64,000 bases of DNA from an uncultured Clostridia bacterium (lineage in GTDB: Bacteria; Bacillota; Clostridia; Christensenellales; CAG-917). The stretch is from NCBI GenBank assembly GCA_944363035.1, contig CALVTS010000004.1:601-64600 (forward strand). Direction: 5' to 3'. Positions 57,379 to 64,000 of this stretch are shown piece by piece (position 1 is the first letter of the stretch; each line of letters starts with the position of its first letter). The notes below the pieces were generated by a model. That model searched no databases. It saw nothing but the letters and a program-made list of their open reading frames with translations, and was not told where the DNA came from. The translations under genes were made by a program, and so were the position numbers.

Positions 57379-58678
57379 GTATCTCGAATTATCTTCGCGC
57401 GTGCGGACGCGCAACGGTGAGGACGTGAAAAAGAAAGGCTTGAAGACCTATCGCCTGGACGTATCGGCGCAATTTTATCCCATCATCTCCACCAAAAAGG
57501 CGCAGAGCGTGTTCAGGCTCTCCGCCCTGCTCGCGAGGGAGGTGGATCCCGTCCTGCTCCGTGAGGCGGCAGGAGACGTGCTGAGGCGTTTCCCCACCTT
57601 CAAAGTGCGGCTGAGACGCGGTTATGCCTGGTACTATTTCGAGGAAAATACCGAGGACGTGAAAGTGTTCCCCTCCACGGGGAAGATACTCCGTCCCATC
57701 GACACCCGCGAGACCGCGGGATATCTCTTCCGCATCTCCTATTCCGCGCGGGAGATAGAGTTCGAGGTCTTTCACGCCGTGTGCGACGGCATGGCGGCGC
57801 TGGAATTCCTGAAAGCGCTGTTGTGGAGATACGCCGTGCTCTCGGGCGCGCCCGTCGAAGGCGGAGAGGGGATAGCGGATCTCGACGCACCTCCGTCCGA
57901 GGAAGAGGCGGAGGACGCGTTTTACCGCTATTACACTCCGATACGCTTGGGCGACATCGACCTGAAAGGACTGATGGGGGAACTCCCCCTCCTTTTGCCG
58001 GGGACGATAGCCGAGGAGGGGTACGGCGGCACTTTCGTGAGCGCGAAAGCCTCCTCCGTCGCCGCCTGCGCCAAAAGGATGGGCGCTTCTTTCACCGCTC
58101 TCGTATGCGGCGCGCTGGCGTATTCGGTGGAGAGGATGTCGGACTGTTCGCGTCCCATAGTCATCATGGTTCCCGTCAATCTGCGCACCATGTTCCCCTC
58201 CGCGACCATGCGCAACTTCGTCAATTTCGTGCGGCTGGTGTTCAAGCCGCGCGAGTGCGCGAAGATAGAGGAGTATGTCGCCTCGGCGGCGGCGCAGCTC
58301 AAAGAAAAGGCGACCAAGGAGGAGATGAAAAAGTTCTTCGCCACCACGGTGCGCACCGAAAGCTCCCTGCTCATGCGCGTCACCCCTCTCTTCATAAAGA
58401 TACTCGGCGCGAGGATAGGACGCTTTTTCCTGAAATCCCGCCAGACCATGATATTCAGCAACGTGGGCAGGGTGCGTCTGCCCGAGGGATGCGGAGTGGA
58501 GAGAGTGCTCTTCAACCTCAACGTGTCCAAGACCTCCAAGGTCAACGTGGGCGCGGTGACGCTGGGGGAGGAGACCTCTTTCGCGTTCACCCGAGCGGTG
58601 AAGGAGAGGTCGCTGGAAGAGGAGTTCAGACGCACGCTGGAAGCGCTCGGCGTCGCTCCGTCGCCCGCCGCAGAGTGA
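57379..58678 (+). CDS. Condensation/alcohol-acetyltransferase-like protein (HxxxDG acyltransferase superfamily)
   Basis: Active-site-like FHAVCDG. ~430 aa. Start uncertain (track 57350; ATG 57379; GTG 57425). Confidence 0.6.
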
Positions 58679-58747
58679 GACAGCTTCGGGGCAAAACGAC
58701 ACAAAAAGAGTTTTAACGACAAAAATCGACAGATAAACAGAGGCATT

Positions 58748-60529
58748 ATGAAAAAATTGGATTCCGCACAACTTCGCAAAGCGTATTTGGACTTCTTCCG
58801 CGAGAGGGGTCACGTGGTCATCCCCACGGCGTCCCTCATCCCGGAAAACGACCCCACGGTGCTCTTCACCACGGCGGGGATGCACCCCCTCGTCCCCTAT
58901 CTTCTCGGGGAGAAACATCCTGCGGGCAAACGGCTCACGGACGTGCAGATCTGCGTGCGTACGGGGGACATCGACGAGGTGGGCGACGCCTCACATTGCA
59001 CCTTTTTCGAGATGCTGGGCAACTGGTCTCTCGGCGATTATTTCAAGAAGGAATCCATCACGTGGAGTTTCGAGTTCCTCACCGAGGTCTTGGGCATCCC
59101 TGCCGAGAGGCTCGCGGTGAGCGTGTTCGGCGGGGACGAGGATTGCCCCCGCGACGACGAGAGCGCGGATATCTGGAAGAGCCTCGGGCTCCCGGAAGAT
59201 CACATCTTCTTCCTGCCCAAGAAGAACAACTGGTGGGGACCCGCCGGCGTCACCGGACCCTGCGGTCCCGACACCGAGATATTCCTGGATACGGGCAAGC
59301 CTGCCTGCTCGGAGGAGTGTTCCCCCGCCTGCGACTGCGGCAAGTATCTGGAGATCTGGAACAACGTCTTCATGCAGTACTATAAGGGCGCGGACGGCAA
59401 ACTTTCCCCCATGGAACACCGCAATGTGGACACGGGCATGGGGTTGGAGCGCACTCTCGTCACTTTGGGGGGCTATTCCTCCGTTTACGAGACGGACGTC
59501 TTCGATTTCGCGATCGCGAGGCTCGAAGAGCTCAGCGGCAGGAAGCACGGCGAGGAAGAGGAGAGCACCGCCGCGATGAGGATAATCGCCGATCACACCC
59601 GCACCGCCACATTCCTGCTCGGGGACACCCGACCGATCTCCCCCTCCAACGTGGATCAGGGCTACGTCCTGCGCAGGCTCATCCGCCGCGCGATGCGCTA
59701 CTGCCGCGTGCTGGGGGTTGGCTTCGAGGCGCTCACCGAACTCGCCATGCTCTTTGTGGACAAATACGGCGAGGCGTATCCCTCTCTCGAAAGGCAGAGA
59801 GCCCGCATTTCCGAGGAATTGGAGACCGAAAAGAACAAGTTCGCAAAGACCATCGAGCAGGGGCTCAAAGAGTTTGACAAGATACTCACCCACATCCCCG
59901 TCGGCACCTTCCCCGGCAAGACGGCGTTCAGGCTGTACGATACGTTCGGGTTCCCCATCGAGATGACGGAGGAGCTCGCGAAGGAGAGGGGATACACTCT
60001 TGATCGCGCGGGTTACGACAAGGCTTTCATTGAACATCAGGAAAAGTCCAAGGCGGGCGCGGAGCAGAAGTTCAAGGGCGGGCTCGCAGACGGCGGCGAA
60101 CAGACCGCGAGGTTGCACAGCGCCACCCATCTTCTCAACTACGCCTTGAAGAAGGTGCTCGGCGACGATGGCATCTCCCAGCGCGGGAGCAACATTACAC
60201 CCGAGAGACTGCGCTTCGATTTCAACTTTCCCCGTCCTCTCACTCCCGAGGAGATAAAGAGGGTGGAGGACGTCGTCAATGAGGAGATAGCCTCCGCCTC
60301 TCCCGTGAAGTGCGAGGAGATGAGCGTGGAGGAGGCAAAGGCGCAGGGCGCGGTGGGCGTGTTCGGCGACAGATACGGCGAAGTGGTCAAGGTGTACACC
60401 ATCGGGCACAGCAAGGAGATATGCGGAGGTCCTCACGCGGGCAACACCTCCGAGCTCGGGAAGTTCCGCATCGCAAAGGAGCAGAGCTCTTCTGCGGGCG
60501 TGAGAAGGATAAAGGCGGTGTTGGAATGA
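58748..60529 (+). CDS. alaS: Alanine--tRNA ligase, short form (catalytic plus editing domains, no C-Ala domain)
   Basis: N-terminus [37 protein letters not shown] and [15 protein letters not shown]. Editing motifs HSATHLL and CGGPH. Ends right after [10 protein letters not shown] at 593 aa. Confidence 0.8.
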   Translation: MKKLDSAQLRKAYLDFFRERGHVVIPTASLIPENDPTVLFTTAGMHPLVPYLLGEKHPAGKRLTDVQICVRTGDIDEVGDASHCTFFEMLGNWSLGDYFKKESITWSFEFLTEVLGIPAERLAVSVFGGDEDCPRDDESADIWKSLGLPEDHIFFLPKKNNWWGPAGVTGPCGPDTEIFLDTGKPACSEECSPACDCGKYLEIWNNVFMQYYKGADGKLSPMEHRNVDTGMGLERTLVTLGGYSSVYETDVFDFAIARLEELSGRKHGEEEESTAAMRIIADHTRTATFLLGDTRPISPSNVDQGYVLRRLIRRAMRYCRVLGVGFEALTELAMLFVDKYGEAYPSLERQRARISEELETEKNKFAKTIEQGLKEFDKILTHIPVGTFPGKTAFRLYDTFGFPIEMTEELAKERGYTLDRAGYDKAFIEHQEKSKAGAEQKFKGGLADGGEQTARLHSATHLLNYALKKVLGDDGISQRGSNITPERLRFDFNFPRPLTPEEIKRVEDVVNEEIASASPVKCEEMSVEEAKAQGAVGVFGDRYGEVVKVYTIGHSKEICGGPHAGNTSELGKFRIAKEQSSSAGVRRIKAVLE

Positions 60530-61353
60530 TGTACGCCGATTCTCATGTGCACACCGCGTTTTCCTCGGACGGCAAGGACCCCGTCTCGGCGGTGACGGCT
60601 GAGGCGGAAAGGAAGGGGCTTTGCTATCTTGCCACCACCGATCACCTGGATTACGATCTCAAATTCGGTCACAACCGTTCCCCCATCCCGTGGAAACACA
60701 TAGACCTTGCCGCCTATCGCCGCGCTTGGGAGGAGGGCGCGGACGCTCTTGCGAAAAAGGGCAGTCCCCTGAAATTCCGTTTCGGCATAGAGGCGGGGTT
60801 CTCCCCCGAAAAGCAGGTGCAGGACAAGTACCTCGAACTCTTCGACAGGATGAGATTCGACGTGGTGATAAATTCCGTGCACTTCGTCAACGGCTGGGAC
60901 GTCTATTTCCCCAACGCCTTTTTCTTCAAATCGCGGCGGCGGATGTACGGCGACTATCTCGACCTCGTGCTCCAAAGCCTGGACGCGCCATATCACTATG
61001 ACATCGTGGCGCACATCGGCTACGTCACCCGCAACGCGCCCTACAAAAAGAAGGTGTTGGAGTACGCCGATTTTCCCGACAAATTCGACGCTATCCTCCA
61101 CGGCATAATAGAGCGCGGCAAAGCCTTGGAGGTCAACACACACACCACCCTCTTCCCCACAGAGGAGATCCTCCGCAAGTACTATGCCTACGGCGGCAGG
61201 AAACTTTCGTTCGGCTCGGATTCCCATCACGCCGAGCTTTGCAAGGACTATCAAAAGACGGTCGCCCTCCTCAAAGAGATAGGTTTCACCGAGTTCACCG
61301 TCTTTGAAAGAGGCGTGAACGGCGAATCCTCCGAGACCGCTATCCCGTTCTGA
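60526..61353 (+). CDS. PHP-family histidinol-phosphatase-like hydrolase
   Basis: ATG at 60526 overlaps the ala[20 protein letters not shown] and TDHLDY metal-binding motifs. Confidence 0.8.
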   Translation: MMYADSHVHTAFSSDGKDPVSAVTAEAERKGLCYLATTDHLDYDLKFGHNRSPIPWKHIDLAAYRRAWEEGADALAKKGSPLKFRFGIEAGFSPEKQVQDKYLELFDRMRFDVVINSVHFVNGWDVYFPNAFFFKSRRRMYGDYLDLVLQSLDAPYHYDIVAHIGYVTRNAPYKKKVLEYADFPDKFDAILHGIIERGKALEVNTHTTLFPTEEILRKYYAYGGRKLSFGSDSHHAELCKDYQKTVALLKEIGFTEFTVFERGVNGESSETAIPF

Positions 61354-61462
61354 AAGAGCGGCGTTCCCTCATTTTTGCGGGGGACGCGTCCGCCGCAGAA
61401 GGGAGCCATAACAGGGCACAAAAAACAGGGTATAAAAAACAGGGTGCAATAAACAGAGCACG

Positions 61463-61497
61463 AAAAAACGCCGCCGAGGAAAACTCGACGGCGTTTT
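61463..61497. terminator. Bidirectional intrinsic terminator between convergent PHP and upp genes
   Basis: AAAAAA-CGCCGCCGAG-gaaaa-CTCGACGGCG-TTTT. Confidence 0.75.
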
Positions 61498-61507
61498 CGG
61501 GTCCATT

Positions 61508-62146
61508 TCACTTCGTGCCGAAGAGGCGGTCTCCCGCATCCCCCAGCCCGGGCAGGATGTAGCCGTGTTCGTTGAGGCAACGATCCAGGGTGGAGACGAA
61601 TATCTCCACGTCGGGGTGCGCCTCGGCTACGGTCTCGATGCCCGTGGGCGCGGCGATTATGCTCATCAGCATTATCTTCTTGCATCCGCGGTCTTTCAGG
61701 AAACCTATTGCGGCGGACGCGCTCCCGCCCGTCGCGAGCATGGGATCGAGGAGGATCGCGATGCTGTTTTCTATGCCGTCGGGCAGTTTGCAGTAATATT
61801 CGTGAGGTTCCAGAGTCTCCTCGTCGCGGTACAGCCCTATGTGTCCCACGCGTGCGGTGGGGAAGAGGGTGTGCACGCCGTTGACCATGCCCAGCCCCGC
61901 GCGCAGGATGGGCACGACTGCGACCGCGCCGTCCGCGACCATGGTCTGCTCTGTGAGTTCGAGGGGAGTCTGCACCATCACTTTTTTGGTGGGGACGTGC
62001 TTGAAGCTCTCGTACACCATGAGGGTGGTGATCTCCTCAACCAGCTCGCGGAACTCTTTCATCCCGGTGTTGACGTCGCGGAGTATCGCGATCTTATGTC
62101 TGATGAGAGGGTGATCCAGGATGGTGACGTTGGGATAGTCTTTCAT
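61508..62146 (-). CDS. upp: Uracil phosphoribosyltransferase
   Basis: ATG at 62146 after AAGGAGG gives MKDYPNVTILDHPLIRHKIAILR. PRPP motif LLDPMLATGGSA. Confidence 0.93.
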   Translation of the reverse strand: MKDYPNVTILDHPLIRHKIAILRDVNTGMKEFRELVEEITTLMVYESFKHVPTKKVMVQTPLELTEQTMVADGAVAVVPILRAGLGMVNGVHTLFPTARVGHIGLYRDEETLEPHEYYCKLPDGIENSIAILLDPMLATGGSASAAIGFLKDRGCKKIMLMSIIAAPTGIETVAEAHPDVEIFVSTLDRCLNEHGYILPGLGDAGDRLFGTK

Positions 62147-62147
62147 G

Positions 62148-63752
62148 TCATTCCTCCTTGGTTTCGGTTTCTGCCGTGACCGACGCCGTCTCTTCGGCGT
62201 CCGCGGTCTTAGGCGCATCGTCCGCGATGTTCTCCGCGTCCTCCTCTCCGTGCAGGAGCTTGGGCTCTACGGAGTTCTCGACGGCGGCGGAGGGAACGCT
62301 GGCTTCCTCTTCGCCCTGACCGAGCTTGCCCTTTTCTATCTTGTTCATCACGGCGTAGGTGATGATGCCGAGGATGAGCGCGGTGGCGATGGAGGTCACG
62401 GTGATGGCTTTGTCCACAAGTCCGTCGCCTGCGATATGATAGGGGATCTGGATGGCGAGCCCGCCTATGCCCGCGATGAGTATCGCGCTGACGACAAAGA
62501 GGTTCTTGTTTTCCCCGAGGTCGATGTCCTTGAACATTTTGAGACCGCTCACCGCGATGAAACCGTAGAGGGTGAAGCACACGCCGCCCATGACCGCCGC
62601 GGGTATGGTCTGCAGAAGCGCCATGATGGGGGAGAGGAAGGAGAGCACCACGCACATGATGGCGGTGACGAAGATGGTGCGCACCGAGGCGTTGCCCGTG
62701 ATGGCGACGCAACCCACGGATTCGCCGTAGGTGGTGTTGGGGCAGATGCCCAGGATGGTGCCGGCGATGGAGCCCACGCCGTCGCCCAGCAGAGTGCGTT
62801 TGAGTCCGGGTTCTCCCTCGACGAGGTCGCGGCCTATGATGGAGCCAAGGTTCTTGTGGTCGGCGATGTGTTCCGCAAACACGACGAGCGCCACGGGGAT
62901 GAATGCGAGCGCCACTTCCGCCACGCCCTGTCCGTTGAGGAGCACCGCGCCCTCGACGCCCGTGCGAGCTTCGCCGTCGATGATCTCTCTGATGCCTTCG
63001 ATGAGGGCGAAATCGGGATAGTTGAGGAAGGCGGTCACGCCCACGAAGTTGCCCGCTTCGTCCACGAAGTTGTTGACCAGGGGACCGAAGTCCACTATTT
63101 TGAGGTAGTCCACGTCGAAGCCGAGTCCGAACGCGGTGAATATCGCCGCCACCACATAGCCCGCTCCGATGCCGATGATGAAGGGGATGAGCTTCATGGT
63201 CTTGAAACGCTTCTGACCCGAGCACACGACGACGGTGAAGAAGGTGACCAAGCCGCAGAAGAGCGCGACAAGGTTGTACGCTCCGTTGACGGAGTCGCCC
63301 GCCGCCGTGGTGATGCTGGTCACCGCACTGCCTGCGAGGGACAGACCGATGAGCGCCACGGTGGGCCCTATGACCACGGGAGGCATCAGCTTGGACACCC
63401 ATTTGGTGCCGGCAAAGTGGATGACCACCGCGATGATGACGTAGACGAGTCCCGCAAACGCCGCGCCCACCAAAATGCCCAGATAGCCGAAAGAGGTCGC
63501 CGCGATGAGGGAACTGATGAACGCGAAGGAACTGCCGAGGAACACAGGGCTCTTGAATCTGGTGAAGAGCAGATATACAAGAGTCCCGACGCCCGCGCCG
63601 AGGATGGCGGCGGGCACTTGCGTGGGAAGACCGATCGCAACGGGTACGGCGATGGTCGCCGCCATTATCGCGAGAAGCTGTTGCAATGCAAGCACCAGCA
63701 ATTTCCCGAACGGCGGCTTGTCGTTGATGTCGTAGACGAGATTGACTGCCAT
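62148..63752 (-). CDS. uraA: NCS2-family uracil/xanthine permease with acidic C-terminal extension
   Basis: ATG at 63752 gives MAVNLVYDINDKPPFGKLLVLALQQLLAIMA. NCS2 pattern. Stop is 1 nt from the upp start. Confidence 0.8.
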   Translation of the reverse strand: MAVNLVYDINDKPPFGKLLVLALQQLLAIMAATIAVPVAIGLPTQVPAAILGAGVGTLVYLLFTRFKSPVFLGSSFAFISSLIAATSFGYLGILVGAAFAGLVYVIIAVVIHFAGTKWVSKLMPPVVIGPTVALIGLSLAGSAVTSITTAAGDSVNGAYNLVALFCGLVTFFTVVVCSGQKRFKTMKLIPFIIGIGAGYVVAAIFTAFGLGFDVDYLKIVDFGPLVNNFVDEAGNFVGVTAFLNYPDFALIEGIREIIDGEARTGVEGAVLLNGQGVAEVALAFIPVALVVFAEHIADHKNLGSIIGRDLVEGEPGLKRTLLGDGVGSIAGTILGICPNTTYGESVGCVAITGNASVRTIFVTAIMCVVLSFLSPIMALLQTIPAAVMGGVCFTLYGFIAVSGLKMFKDIDLGENKNLFVVSAILIAGIGGLAIQIPYHIAGDGLVDKAITVTSIATALILGIITYAVMNKIEKGKLGQGEEEASVPSAAVENSVEPKLLHGEEDAENIADDAPKTADAEETASVTAETETKEE

Positions 63753-63794
63753 AAGATATATCTCCCTGATGTTATTTTTTGCCTTCCGACGCAC

Positions 63795-63821
63795 AAAAAA
63801 ACGTCCCCGAAAGGGGGACGT
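63795..63821 (-). terminator. Leader (attenuator) terminator upstream of uraA
   Basis: Minus strand ACGTCCCC-ctttc-GGGGACGT followed by TTTTTTT, located between the promoter and the uraA start. Confidence 0.7.
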
Positions 63822-63946
63822 ATCGCGTCAATGCGAGAAAGAGAGGATGCTCAGAACGGGCATGACGCGCGCCGCTTCGAAAAACACTTTTCCTTCCCTC
63901 ATTTCTCCCTCCGCCGAGGCGTTGACGTCTCGGAGCGTTTTCAAAA

Positions 63947-63975
63947 GTATATCACGCTCCGACAAATTTTGACAA
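63947..63975 (-). promoter_or_regulatory. Sigma-A-type promoter for the uraA-upp leader
   Basis: Minus strand TTGTCA, 17 nt, TATACT. Confidence 0.55.
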
Positions 63976-64000
63976 GACCTTTTTTCGCGCGCGATACAAT

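Noticed and set aside
63836-63850. PyrR-binding-like sequence GAAAGAGAGGAUGC
   Set aside because: It is on the plus strand, while the uraA-upp transcript is the minus strand and there reads GCAUCCUCUCUUUC. It cannot be a PyrR site for this operon.

Overview
GC-rich chromosomal segment that looks like a spore-forming Firmicutes/Clostridia genome. All homology calls are by eye from motifs; no searches were run. Most of the window is ordinary housekeeping. It holds the origin-proximal block rpmH-rnpA-yidD-yidC-jag-mnmE-mnmG, sporulation and germination genes (spoIIR, sleB-ypeB, yabP-yabQ), four aminoacyl-tRNA synthetases (argS, glnS, a short alaS; ychF sits beside argS), nifJ (PFOR), ecfA1-ecfA2-ecfT-truA, yycJ-like/CPBP/rlmH/tadA, glmU-like-pth-mfd, a cobalamin-riboswitch operon, uraA-upp, and a sugar-utilisation cluster. 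Two long ORF-free regions stand out: R1 (44646-45775) and R2 (50604-51480). Each fills the gap between convergent genes. Each is built from convergently oriented copies of one modular, highly structured repeat family. The modules are ~32-nt degenerate sub-repeats, a three-tier hairpin with compensatory substitutions between copies, exactly conserved 23-mers, purine/pyrimidine pairing runs, and a ~50-nt tail module. The best-conserved tail modules form an inverted pair around a 6.1-kb accessory segment (esterase with an in-frame TAG, tyrosine phosphatase, two ArsB/NhaD-type permeases). I cannot assign this family to any RNA or mobile-element class I know, and it is my top candidate for something undescribed. 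A second unexplained element is a 281-bp unit with perfect 23-bp terminal inverted repeats upstream of a truncated glmU-like gene (36722-37002). An 81-nt partial copy lies after mnmG (9446-9526), and the shared hairpin shows a compensatory change. Smaller oddities are an unassigned attenuator leader on uraA-upp, a long structured leader on a permease gene, a zinc-ribbon/4-TM protein family, a transporter with an EF-hand-like loop insert, an Arg-rich tail on Jag, and an AlaRS lacking C-Ala. No rRNA, tRNA, CRISPR array, transposase or integrase was recognised.
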